A program made the position numbers and the translations under genes. A stretch of DNA of 64,000 nucleotides from Planctomycetota bacterium. Its GTDB lineage: Bacteria > Planctomycetota > UBA1135 > UBA2386. Below are positions 10,677-20,831 of this stretch, piece by piece. The notes beneath the pieces were generated by a model. That model was not told the origin of the DNA, made no database searches, and saw nothing but the letters and a program-made list of their open reading frames with translations. Numbering within the stretch: the first letter of the stretch is position 1; each line of letters opens with the position of its first letter. The stretch covers positions 544,001 through 608,000 of the forward strand of contig JBKAGP010000001.1 in the NCBI GenBank assembly GCA_046290465.1, read 5' to 3'.

Positions 10677-10975
10677 ATGCCCGCACCCGTCCGCTTCCTG
10701 CGCCCGCTGCTGACGATCGCACGCCTCGCCCGGACCTTGCCGTGCTTGCTGCTGGGTCTGTCGGGTTGCGTCGGCTCGTGCCGGACGCCGAGCCCACAGT
10801 CGGGCTTCCGGGTCGAACTCGACGGCGAACGCGTGGCGGGCAGGTTCCTATGCTCGGGGCGCAGTCGCTGCGCTGCTACCAGGCCTGGAGCCTGATGCCC
10901 GCGTTCCTCGACTCGAAGGAGCGCGGCGCCGACCTGCGCGCCTGGCTGTCGGCCCGCGGACTCGAGATCGGTTAG
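10677..10975 (+). pseudogene. Probable internally deleted or frameshifted lipoprotein remnant
   Basis: Frame 1 has a signal peptide with LSGC lipobox and coding-like codons to ~10847. Coding-like codons continue in another frame to TAG 10975. Confidence 0.45.
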
Positions 10976-11001
10976 CAAGTGCTACGGCACCGCAGGAACG
11001 A

Positions 11002-11652
<651 letters not shown>

Positions 11653-11696
11653 TTGTCGGGAGCTTGTATCGGCTAGCCTGGGCCACGACGAGCACG

Positions 11697-12599
11697 ATGC
11701 CCGAACTCCCCGATGTCACCGTCTACAAGGAACGCCTCGAGGCGATGCTGGTCGGGGACGTGCTCGAGGACCTGCGCATCCGCAGCCCGTTCCTGCTGCG
11801 CTCGGTGAGCCCGTCACCCGACGTGCTGCACGGGCAACCGCTGCAGGCCGTCGAACGCCTCGGCAAGCGCCTGGTGCTGGCCTTTCCCGACGACCACTTC
11901 CTGGTGCTGCACCTGATGATCGCCGGCCGCCTCAAGTGGCATCCCGGCGAACGGCGGCTCGGCAGCCGCATCGACCTGTGCGCGTTCGACTTCGCCAAGG
12001 GCACGCTGCTGCTGACCGAGGCCGGCTCCAAGAAGCGCGCCTCGCTGCATGTCGTCGCCGGCCGCGCGGGGCTCGACGAGTTCGACCGCGGCGGCCTCGA
12101 GGTGCTCGACGCCAGCGCGGTGCAGTTCGCCGAACGGCTGCGCGACGAGAATCGCACGCTGAAGCGCGCGCTGACCGATCCGACCCGATTCTCCGGCATC
12201 GGCAACGCCTACAGCGACGAGATCCTGCACCGCGCGCGGCTGTCGCCGGTGACGTGGACCAGCCGCCTCGACGACGAGCAGGTCGAGCGCCTGCGCGTCG
12301 CCATCGTCGACGTGATGACCGAGTGGACCGATCGCCTGCGGCGGGAAGCGGCCGACGGCTGGCCGAAGAAGGTCACCGCGTTCCGCGACGGCATGGCCGT
12401 GCACGGCCGCTACCGCGAACCGTGTCCGGTCTGCCAGTCGCCGGTTCAGCGTATCCGCTACGCGGACAACGAGTGCAACTACTGCGCGACCTGCCAGTGC
12501 GGCGGCAAGCTGCTGGCAGACCGAGGCCTGTCGCAGTTGCTGAAGAAGGACTGGCCGCGAACGCTTGCCGAGCTGGAGGAGCGGCGGCGGGGGAGCTGA
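11697..12599 (+). CDS. Fpg/Nei family DNA glycosylase
   Basis: MPELPDV start, H2TH motif [10 protein letters not shown]-terminal CPVC..CATCQ zinc finger. Confidence 0.92.
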   Translation: MPELPDVTVYKERLEAMLVGDVLEDLRIRSPFLLRSVSPSPDVLHGQPLQAVERLGKRLVLAFPDDHFLVLHLMIAGRLKWHPGERRLGSRIDLCAFDFAKGTLLLTEAGSKKRASLHVVAGRAGLDEFDRGGLEVLDASAVQFAERLRDENRTLKRALTDPTRFSGIGNAYSDEILHRARLSPVTWTSRLDDEQVERLRVAIVDVMTEWTDRLRREAADGWPKKVTAFRDGMAVHGRYREPCPVCQSPVQRIRYADNECNYCATCQCGGKLLADRGLSQLLKKDWPRTLAELEERRRGS

Positions 12600-12662
12600 A
12601 CGGGCCGCCGACGCCGGCAGTTCGAGTTCATCCTTGGTTCGTGCGGCGCCGATGAATCCTGA

Positions 12663-12791
12663 GTGAAGCCAACCGAAGATCCGCTCGACCAACAGATCCG
12701 CAAGGGCGCCCAGCGCCTGGTCGTGATGTGGGTGTGCTGGGTCGTGCTCGCGATCTTCCTGGTCACCGCCGGCGTCTGCGTGCTGCGCTAG
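12663..12791 (+). CDS. Small (42 aa) single-TM protein
   Basis: Manual translation (V)KPTEDPLDQQIRKGAQRLVVMWVCWVVLAIFLVTAGVCVLR*, with high GC3 codons. Confidence 0.55.
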   Translation: MKPTEDPLDQQIRKGAQRLVVMWVCWVVLAIFLVTAGVCVLR

Positions 12792-12823
12792 CGCCCACGG
12801 CTCTGCCGCGGCACGATGCGGGC

Positions 12824-13471
12824 ATGAGTGGACTGGAAGCGATCGTCGGCGATCACGAGCGGGTGTTGATCCATCAGACCTAGGAGTGGGGTGAGATCCT
12901 GCTCGGGTTCGAGTCGAAGAACCGCTACGAACTGAATACCGAGAGTGGCGCGCGGCTCGGCTACGCGGCCGAAGAGGCCAAGGGCATCGGCGCGTGGTTC
13001 CTGCGCAATCTGCTGGGCCGCTGCCGCAAGGCCTCGGTCCACATCTACGACGAGTCCGGCAACCCGGTCGGCCGCGGCGAGAAGCCGTTCCGCTGGTTCT
13101 TCCACCGCATGGAGATCTACGACGGCGACCAGCGCGTCGGCGCCGTGCAGCGCAAGTGGTCGTGGTTCCACCGTCGCTTCGCGCTCGAAAACGCGGCGGG
13201 TGAGGAGACCATGGAGATCTTCAGCCCGCTGTTCCGGATCTGGACGTTCAAGCTGATGTTCCAGGGTGGCGAGGTCGGCCGGATCAGCAAGAAGTGGGGC
13301 GGTCTGCTGAAGGAGATGTTCACCGACGCCGACATCTTCGGCGTCGAGTGCCAGCCGCACGTGCCGATCGAAGTGCGCAAGCTGCTGCTGGTGGCGACGT
13401 TCTTGGTCGACTTCACCTGCTTCGAGAACAACAGCAACTCGGGTGTGGGGTTGGACCTGTTGGGCGACTGA
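12824..13471 (+). pseudogene. Phospholipid scramblase / LURP-one-like protein with in-frame TAG at 12881
   Basis: MSGLEAIV...HQT*EWGEILLGFESKNRY...KPFRWFF...ISKKWGG...FTDADIF is a continuous frame apart from one TAG. Confidence 0.75.
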
Positions 13472-13516
13472 GCGGAATCGGCCGAACCGTCATGGCATGA
13501 CCCGCTTGACGGATGA

Positions 13517-14344
13517 GTGCCATTCGATATGTATGGTTCGGTCATGGGTGCGAAGAAGGGCCTCCTGATCGTCGTCGCCGCGTGCGCCTTGCTGTTGGTG
13601 TTCGCTGCGGACATCTTCTCCGGTGGCGAGCGAGCAGGCGGTGATCCTGCCACCACCGGGAGTTCGGCAGCCGGTCGCGACCCTGGGGACAGTGCGTCGG
13701 TGGTTGGCGCCGCCGACGTCCTGGCTACGGAAGGTTCCGAGCCGGCGATGGCGGATGCCGATCGGACGTCGCGCGCAGCCGACCGCCCGGCTGCGCTGGA
13801 CGGTTCGAACGGGGACAAGGCTCTCGTCGACCGCAAGGTCGCGGTCGAGGACTTCCTGTTCGCTCTGGGGCACCTGTTCGAAAACGGGCCGACGCCGCTG
13901 ACCTACGCCGCTCTCAACGCGGTTGGAATCGAGCCGAAGGAGGCGGATCTCCGTGTCGTCGCCGAACTCGTCCAGGGCTTCCGCGACCAGCAGAAGCAGT
14001 GGGAGTTCGCGCTGAGCAACTCGGTTGATCGGGAGGTCGAGAACGTCATTGCATCCGGTCGCGTGACACCCAAGCCCGCGACGCGCGATGCCAACGGCGC
14101 CATGCGCGTGCCGATCAGCCCGCGGGGGGTCGGTCCGGTGGTCACTCGCTACAACCGCGCCGGCGTCTACCACATCCCGATGGACATGCTGCCCGAAACG
14201 CAGCGGGTCAAGGCCGAGATGTTGACCCTGGTACATGACCTCGGGTGTCGCTTGGCGACGTTCGCATGCAGTAGCGGCTACCTGGGGGAAGAAGACTGCG
14301 CACTGCTCGTGGTGGAGATCCTCGCCATGGGCTCGAACAACTAG
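13517..14344 (+). CDS. Hypothetical membrane-anchored or secreted protein
   Basis: KK + hydrophobic N-terminus, Ala/Asp/Ser linker, helical C-terminal part. Start may be ATG 13544. Confidence 0.7.
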   Translation: MPFDMYGSVMGAKKGLLIVVAACALLLVFAADIFSGGERAGGDPATTGSSAAGRDPGDSASVVGAADVLATEGSEPAMADADRTSRAADRPAALDGSNGDKALVDRKVAVEDFLFALGHLFENGPTPLTYAALNAVGIEPKEADLRVVAELVQGFRDQQKQWEFALSNSVDREVENVIASGRVTPKPATRDANGAMRVPISPRGVGPVVTRYNRAGVYHIPMDMLPETQRVKAEMLTLVHDLGCRLATFACSSGYLGEEDCALLVVEILAMGSNN

Positions 14345-14362
14345 AACCAAGGAGGTCCCGTT

Positions 14363-15034
14363 GTGATCGTACGTATTTCGATGACCCTGATCGTGTCGCT
14401 GGGCGCGCTGTACTTTGCTGGCCTTCGGGAAGGCTCGCTCGTCCACGCCGATGGCGCGGGTGTTGGTTGGGCCGATTCCCTCGAGCCCGGCGGATCGGCA
14501 TCCCAGGATCCGGAGCCACAGGACCCGGAGCCGGAACCGGAGCCTTCGACGGACTGCGGCGAGGTCGAGGGCTACAACTGCGAGCCTTACATCTCCGTCT
14601 ACCAGGTGCCGTTGCCCGGCGGTCCACCCAACAACCCGGATCCGCCCTGCACGACGTTCACCTGGGTGCCTGACGGGTTCGGCAACGGCAAGGGGAAGTG
14701 CGTCTGCGATGGCCCCGCCTGCGTGATCTCTGGCAACATGGGCTGTGCTGGCAGTGGCGACATCCTGGTCCACGCCCCGATCGGCCAGCATCTGGTGCGA
14801 CCGAAGACCGGGGAGTGCGTCAACGGGCCGGGCTCGATCTACGGCCAGCTGACGTGGGCCAACTCCTGGGCATGCCCGTGGCCACTGGCCGGTGGCGGTG
14901 GTCGGCCCGTCCTGCCCGGCAGTCATGCCGAGTTCGAGGTCCGCAGCGGCAGCTGTGGCGACGAAGACGCAGCGCTGATCTGCCGCTACGAACTGCAGGG
15001 CTCCTGCAACAGTTGCGGTGGCGACTGTCCGTAG
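14363..15034 (+). CDS. Secreted cysteine-rich protein A (14 Cys)
   Basis: AAGGAGG RBS upstream, signal-like N-terminus, DPEP linker, ends CNSCGGDCP. Confidence 0.8.
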   Translation: MIVRISMTLIVSLGALYFAGLREGSLVHADGAGVGWADSLEPGGSASQDPEPQDPEPEPEPSTDCGEVEGYNCEPYISVYQVPLPGGPPNNPDPPCTTFTWVPDGFGNGKGKCVCDGPACVISGNMGCAGSGDILVHAPIGQHLVRPKTGECVNGPGSIYGQLTWANSWACPWPLAGGGGRPVLPGSHAEFEVRSGSCGDEDAALICRYELQGSCNSCGGDCP

Positions 15035-15096
15035 CCCGTGGTCCTACGGCCGTGGCGCTCCATCACCTGGTACGAAACCCCTGATCCCCATCGAGC

Positions 15097-15630
15097 ATGT
15101 CCGTGTCCAAGCTCCTCAACCTCGTCTTCCTCGTTTTGTTCCTCGGGTTCTCGAGCGCCGGCGGAGTCCTGGCGCAGCATGTCGAAGACCCCGCCGAGGA
15201 AGAGACCCTCTGCGGCCAGATCACCAATCGGTCGTGCGAGGTCATCGCCGGCTCGGTCTTCGTGTTCAGCAATGGTCAGCCCGATCTGACCGTGACGATC
15301 ATCCCGGGCAACAACCCGCCAACCAACGGCTCCTGCTACTGCGACGGGCCCACGTGCAAGGAGAAGTCGGGCTGCTCGGCGAACGTCTACGTGACCGTCA
15401 AGCTGGATTCGGTGACCAGTCCATACTCCCTGCGCTACGCCGGCCAGTGTGGCGGGGGCGGCACCAACATCAGCATCGGTAACGTCACGTTCAGCGACTC
15501 GTGTGGCGGCGGCAAGCACGGCCAGTTCGTGGAGCTCTGGAAGGGCGGCTGTGGAGATCCGGATGCGACCCTGGATGGCGTCGTGTGGGTATACCTGCGC
15601 TGCGCGGACTGCTACGGCGACTGCCCATGA
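15097..15630 (+). CDS. Secreted cysteine-rich protein B (12 Cys), paralog of A
   Basis: Signal peptide ending VLA-Q, Cys pattern collinear with A, ends CADCYGDCP. Confidence 0.8.
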   Translation: MSVSKLLNLVFLVLFLGFSSAGGVLAQHVEDPAEEETLCGQITNRSCEVIAGSVFVFSNGQPDLTVTIIPGNNPPTNGSCYCDGPTCKEKSGCSANVYVTVKLDSVTSPYSLRYAGQCGGGGTNISIGNVTFSDSCGGGKHGQFVELWKGGCGDPDATLDGVVWVYLRCADCYGDCP

Positions 15631-15641
15631 TCGGCGGGTGG

Positions 15642-16373
15642 CTACGCGAACATCGCGAGCCACTGCGCCTCGCTCTTCGGCCGGAACACCGGGTTGTTGT
15701 GGCGCGTGTCTCCCATCGACGCGTGCGGCCGCGGGTCGTAGCCATGGCCCGGATACAGCACCGCGTCGTCCGGCACCTGCATCAGCTTTTCGGTTAGCGA
15801 ACGGTACAGCTGCTTCGGGTCGCCGCCGGGGAAGTCGGTGCGGCCGCAGCCCTGCAGGAACAGCGTGTCCCCGGCGATCAGCCGGTTCTCGACCAGGAAG
15901 CACTGCGAGCCCGGTGTGTGGCCCGGCGTGTGGATCATCGTGATCGGGATCTCGCCGACCTTCAGCACGTCGCCGCTGTCGTGCAGCTGCAGGTCGGAAC
16001 GTTCGCAGCCGGTCTGACGCAGGATCCACTCGGCCTCGTCCTGCTGCGCATGCACCTTGCACGGGCAGCGCGCCAGCAGCTGCTGTACGCCTTCGAGTTC
16101 GTGGCCGAACAGGTCGCCGCCGACGTGGTCGGGGTGGTAGTGCGTCGCCAGCGCGCCGCAGAGCTTCATGTCGTCGCCTTCGACCAGGTCGCACAGCTCG
16201 TCGACGGCGTAGCACGGGTCGACCAGCACGCACTCGCGCGTGACCTGGTCGCCGATCGCGTAGACGAAGTTGGCCATCTGGCCGGCGACCGGGTTGTCGG
16301 CGCCGAAGTCGCGGCCGGCGAGCAGCTGACGGAAGTAGAGGCGTTCCTCGCGTGACGAGTCGGGTCCGGTCAT
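15642..16373 (-). CDS. MBL-fold metallo-hydrolase (glyoxalase II-like)
   Basis: THYHPDH, HTPGHTPGS, GDTLF, YPGH. Confidence 0.9.
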   Translation of the reverse strand: MTGPDSSREERLYFRQLLAGRDFGADNPVAGQMANFVYAIGDQVTRECVLVDPCYAVDELCDLVEGDDMKLCGALATHYHPDHVGGDLFGHELEGVQQLLARCPCKVHAQQDEAEWILRQTGCERSDLQLHDSGDVLKVGEIPITMIHTPGHTPGSQCFLVENRLIAGDTLFLQGCGRTDFPGGDPKQLYRSLTEKLMQVPDDAVLYPGHGYDPRPHASMGDTRHNNPVFRPKSEAQWLAMFA

Positions 16374-16546
16374 GGCACCCGCACGGTATCGAGCCGGTGG
16401 GCGCGCGCAAAGGACGGCGAAGGCCTGGGCAGGCGGCCCCGAGCTGCAGCACGCTGCCGGTCCGAGGGCACACCCCGACGGACTGTCGGAAAACGGAACA
16501 GTGCTCAAGGCGAGCCCGCCATCGTGCCGATCCACCGATGGCAAGG

Positions 16547-19500
16547 ATGGTAGACGAACCGCGGCAGCGCTCCGGGCGAGCTCGGAGCCGGATCTGGGTG
16601 GGCGCCCTGGCGCTCGCGTTGGTGCACGGCTGCACCGCGCGGCCGGGCGTGGTCGACGACGCGCGGGTGCTGCCGGCGTGGCGCGAACTGCTGGCGCAGC
16701 AGGCGACGGTCCGCAGCCAGCTGCTGGTGCCGGAGCTGGTGCTGCCCGAGCTCGATCCGCGCAAGGCGCTGGTCGTGGTCGATCCAAACTGGCGCGTGCC
16801 GGGTGCGATCGGCGAACCGGACCAGGTCGAGAAGCTGCGCACGTTCGTCGGGCAGGGCGGCCGGCTGGTGCTGTTCGGCCACGCGACGCGGTTGGTCAGC
16901 GAACTCGGCGTCGAGACCGAACGTCCGGAGAGCTCGGTCTATCGCTGGGGCTTCGATCGACGAGCGCGTCGCGGCGACGCGCAGCTGACCCTGCACTTCG
17001 TCTCGGGTCGCGTGCCGGACCTCTACGACGGCCTGCACGGCTCGGTGTCCGAGCACTCGATCCCGGTCACCGGCGGTGCGCCGTGCAACGCCGCGCTGTG
17101 CGCGTGGCGCGACGGGCCGCCGCGGGACGGTGAAGTGCTGGCGCGCCTCGGCGAGGTGCTCGACGGCGAACCCGCGCCGCTCGGCCCGCCGGTGCTGCTG
17201 CGCTTCCGGCACGGCCGCGGTGAGGTGCTCGCCTGCGGCCTGTTGCCGGACTTCGAACACCAGCAGCCGCAGGTGCGCGACAACGCGCGCGGCTTCGTGC
17301 AGCGCTGTGCCCGCTGGGCCGGCGCTGGCGACCGCGACGTGGTGCTGCTCGCGCTGCCCGATCGCACGCCGCTGCCGACCGGACTCGACCGCGACGGGCC
17401 CCCGATCGTGCCGCTGCTGGCGCACTGGGGCTGGCAGGGCGCGCTCTACGACGGCGAGGACGTCGACGCGGTGCGACCGGTCGACGAGCTGGTTCGCGAA
17501 GCCCTGGTGCCGAGCTTCCAGCAGGGCGCCGATGTGTTCGAGCTGACGTTGACCGACCCCCAGCACGGCGCGCCGCTGGCCTGGGACCAGCAGGACCCGA
17601 TCGAACCGCCGGTCTCCTGGCGCGGCCAGAGCCTCGGCGCCGGCTGGTCCGGCGGTGGCTTCCAGGCGCTCGCCATCGAGGCCCACCAGCGCGGCATGCT
17701 GCTGTTCGGCGGCATCGACCCGCTGCCGGTCGGCGACCGCGCCGCCGAACGGCTGGTCGCGCTGCGCATGACGGCGCGCGAGCTGGCTTCGGTGCGGCGC
17801 CACGGCAGCGGCGCGTTCGACGGCTTCGGGCTGCGGCAGTGGTGGCACGACCCGTCGGGCTACGGCGTCGCGATGGTGCAGGACTATCAGCCGTCGGCGT
17901 CGCTCTACTGCGCCGGCGAACGGGTGCCCGCGCTCGGCGGCGGCCTGCGCGCGCTCGATGCCGACGACGGCGGCGTGCGCGGCCTCGGCCTGTCCGGCGT
18001 CGCCGCCGGCTGGCGTGACGGCTTCGCCGGCGACCTGTTCCCGATCGGCTTGCTCGACGCGCGCGCGCTGCCGGACCGGTTCCCTGGCAACGGCGTGCGC
18101 GGCGGCGGCAGCCGCGGCGACTGGCTGGTGCAGCAGTTCTGCGAGTTCGTGCGCGAGCGACGGCTCGGCGGCGGGACCGCCCTGTGGCGGCGCCACGACC
18201 CGCGCACGCTCGGCCCGCGAACGGCCGCCTACGTGCAGGGGCTGTCGATGGAGCCGCTGCGCGCGGCGGTCGCGACCTCGCTCGCGGCGACCGGCCAGGA
18301 CGGCATCCGCGCGGCGGCGGCGGCGCTGCTCGACGAGGCCCAGCCGGGCTTCGGCGCGAGCGTCGCGGCGCCGGCTGCCGTGCACGTGCTGCAGAACAAC
18401 TGGTTCCGGCTGCTCGGCAGCGGCGGTGCGCTGCAGTTCGACGCCCGCGGGCTGGCCGACTTCGGCGACGGCGCGCGCCTGCTGAGCCCGGGCTTCCTGC
18501 ACACGCGGCTCTACGGTGGCCGCCCCGACGGCGCCGAGATGCGTGCCGAACGCATCGACTTCCTGCGCCACGGCCGGCGCGGTGGCGGCGGCTACGGCGA
18601 GGTCGAGCTGCTGGCCGACGCGGTCGGGGTCGACCGCCGCGTGCCCGAACTGCTCGGCCACGATGCCGCGCCCGAATGGCCGACCGCGGTCGAGTTGGAG
18701 TGGCGGCCGAGCAAGGGCTACCACGAGCTGCGTCTGCAGCTGCGCCCCGAGCGCGGCCAGGCGGTCGTGACGGTGTCGCTCGACGGCACGCTGCTGCGGG
18801 CGATCCCGTGCCGTTCGAGCGGCCGCGCGCCCGAGGTGGTGGTGCCGGTCCACATCGCGCGCGACGGCACCCGGGTGCTGCGCGTCGAGGTGTTCGAGGG
18901 CCAGACGGTCGCGATCGACGAGCTGGTGGTGACGCGCGTCGGCGACGTCGGGGTCGAGGCCGAGGTGACCGTGCCGGCCGGCAGCCTGGCGCAGCTGGTC
19001 GAGCGGTCGAGCTCCAGCTATCACGAAGAACGCGTCGCGCTGACGGCGCTCGCCGACGTGCCCGGCTTCGTCGTGCGCGCGCAGTGCGTGCGCGCGGCGC
19101 GCAACCTTCAGATCGAGCGGCGGCTGGCGCTGCCCGGCTACCACTTGCTCAGCGCGGCGACCGAAGGCGACGACCCGAAGGGCCGGCGCCAGCCGTTCGT
19201 GCTCGGCTGCACCGATCCCGGCATGCCGGACCTGTGCGTCGTGCCGCTGCAGCTGCCGCGCTACGAACGGCTGATCGTCGAGCCCGGCGCGGTGGTCTGG
19301 CGCGGCGCGCCGGAGGCCGGCCTGGCGGCGCGCGTCGGCTTCCTGCTGTGGCCGCAGGGCCAGGGACACAAGCTGCTGCCGCACCTGCAGCGGCTGCTCG
19401 ACGCGGTCGATCGGCCGCTGCCGGTCGACCTCGGCCCCGACGGCAAGGCATCGCTGACCAGCGACCTGCCGGTGCCGCACAACCGCGTGCTGCACCTCGA

Positions 19501-20197
19501 GACCGACATCGCGACGCCGCTGCTGGTGCGAGAGCGCGGCTACTGGACCTGGCGCGCCTGCCAGCCGGCCAGCGGCGGTGGCGTCTGGCTGCGCATCCAC
19601 CAGGAGCCGGGCGACGTCGTCGAGGTCGTCGGTGGCCCGACCGTGTTCGCGCGGACCCGCCCCGGAACCGGCGCGCTGCGCTGCGTCGCGCTCGAGGACC
19701 CGACCCCGCGCAGCGTCACCGCGCACGTGCTGCAGCCGAGCCGGCTGCGCGCGCCGTCGGTGGTGCTGGCGACCGACTTCGACGAGGTCACCGTCAACGG
19801 CGAGCCGTGGTCGTGGTTCGACGGCCGCACGGTGTTCCTGCCCGACGAGGTCGGCAGCTACCGGATCGAGGCGCGCCATTACGCCGCCCTGCTGCCGCCG
19901 CACGTGCGCTGCACCGGCGCGCCGCTGCAGCGGGTTTCGTTCGACGCGGCCGCACGCGAGCTGGTGCTGGTGACCCGGTCGCGCGACGACCGGCCGGCGA
20001 CGCTGCCGTGGACCGCGGTGCTGCACGGCCCGGTGCCGAGTTCGATCGAGAACGGCGAACTGGTCGACGTCGACCAGCTGCATCTGCCGGACGCCGCCGC
20101 CGAGGCCGCGGCGCTGCAGGGCGGCGTGTTGATCCGCTTCCGCCCGGGAACGACAACGGTGAGGTACGAAGGATGGAACGCAGCTCCTGGACGTTGA
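16547..20197 (+). CDS. Large multidomain hypothetical lipoprotein
   Basis: Long open frame with high GC3 and a VHGC lipobox-like site. LRTFVGQGGRLVLFG resembles a class I GATase/ThuA-like domain. Confidence 0.7.
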   Translation: MVDEPRQRSGRARSRIWVGALALALVHGCTARPGVVDDARVLPAWRELLAQQATVRSQLLVPELVLPELDPRKALVVVDPNWRVPGAIGEPDQVEKLRTFVGQGGRLVLFGHATRLVSELGVETERPESSVYRWGFDRRARRGDAQLTLHFVSGRVPDLYDGLHGSVSEHSIPVTGGAPCNAALCAWRDGPPRDGEVLARLGEVLDGEPAPLGPPVLLRFRHGRGEVLACGLLPDFEHQQPQVRDNARGFVQRCARWAGAGDRDVVLLALPDRTPLPTGLDRDGPPIVPLLAHWGWQGALYDGEDVDAVRPVDELVREALVPSFQQGADVFELTLTDPQHGAPLAWDQQDPIEPPVSWRGQSLGAGWSGGGFQALAIEAHQRGMLLFGGIDPLPVGDRAAERLVALRMTARELASVRRHGSGAFDGFGLRQWWHDPSGYGVAMVQDYQPSASLYCAGERVPALGGGLRALDADDGGVRGLGLSGVAAGWRDGFAGDLFPIGLLDARALPDRFPGNGVRGGGSRGDWLVQQFCEFVRERRLGGGTALWRRHDPRTLGPRTAAYVQGLSMEPLRAAVATSLAATGQDGIRAAAAALLDEAQPGFGASVAAPAAVHVLQNNWFRLLGSGGALQFDARGLADFGDGARLLSPGFLHTRLYGGRPDGAEMRAERIDFLRHGRRGGGGYGEVELLADAVGVDRRVPELLGHDAAPEWPTAVELEWRPSKGYHELRLQLRPERGQAVVTVSLDGTLLRAIPCRSSGRAPEVVVPVHIARDGTRVLRVEVFEGQTVAIDELVVTRVGDVGVEAEVTVPAGSLAQLVERSSSSYHEERVALTALADVPGFVVRAQCVRAARNLQIERRLALPGYHLLSAATEGDDPKGRRQPFVLGCTDPGMPDLCVVPLQLPRYERLIVEPGAVVWRGAPEAGLAARVGFLLWPQGQGHKLLPHLQRLLDAVDRPLPVDLGPDGKASLTSDLPVPHNRVLHLETDIATPLLVRERGYWTWRACQPASGGGVWLRIHQEPGDVVEVVGGPTVFARTRPGTGALRCVALEDPTPRSVTAHVLQPSRLRAPSVVLATDFDEVTVNGEPWSWFDGRTVFLPDEVGSYRIEARHYAALLPPHVRCTGAPLQRVSFDAAARELVLVTRSRDDRPATLPWTAVLHGPVPSSIENGELVDVDQLHLPDAAAEAAALQGGVLIRFRPGTTTVRYEGWNAAPGR

Positions 20198-20712
20198 TCG
20201 TGTTGGCCGCGCTCGGCCTCGCCGCGCTGGTGCTGGCGTTCGCGCCGTCGGCGTGGCCCAACCCGGTGGTCGACGACGGCAAGGTCGTCGAGACCCGGGT
20301 GGTGCCAGAACTGAGCACCGCCGCCAAGGCCGTCGACGCCGCCTGCCGCCGCGGTGACGAGGGCCGCTTCGCCGAACTGACGACCGCGTCGTATCGTCGC
20401 GACCTCGAGGTCCGGCTGCAGGCCGCCGACGCGCGGCTCGATGCGGACACCCTGCGCCGGATGGCCGAGGGCGGCGGCGGCTACGCCGAATGGCTGCGCC
20501 GGCCGGTGCTGGCGATGCACGCGATGAAGAACTACGTGGCGATCGCGGTCGACCGCGGCCGCGACTTCGACGGCGAGGACGACGGCGCGCAGGTGCTGGT
20601 GTTCGAGTGGGACGGGCAGCAGTTCGTGCTCGACGGGATCCGGCACGCGACGCGGGTGCGGACCGAGGCCGCCGCGCAGCGCTTCCTGGTCGAGCTGCTG
20701 CGCCTGAGGTGA
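20173..20712 (+). CDS. Hypothetical exported protein
   Basis: MERSSWTLIVLAALG... N-terminal hydrophobic segment. Overlaps the upstream gene end. Confidence 0.65.
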   Translation: MERSSWTLIVLAALGLAALVLAFAPSAWPNPVVDDGKVVETRVVPELSTAAKAVDAACRRGDEGRFAELTTASYRRDLEVRLQAADARLDADTLRRMAEGGGGYAEWLRRPVLAMHAMKNYVAIAVDRGRDFDGEDDGAQVLVFEWDGQQFVLDGIRHATRVRTEAAAQRFLVELLRLR

Positions 20713-20831
20713 CCCCCGGTCGGTGGTCTGAGCCCGGCTCCGGTGATCGGGGCGCATCGTCGCGGCCCCGAATCCACGCGGCGCGCAAGAGCCACCATCA
20801 AGCGACCGGCTCGCGCGGTAGGCTCTCTGGC

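Noticed and set aside
15628..15641. Selenocysteine read-through of the TGA after GDCP in Cys-rich protein B
   Set aside because: Paralog A ends at the same position with TAG, and a convergent gene ends 12 nt later.
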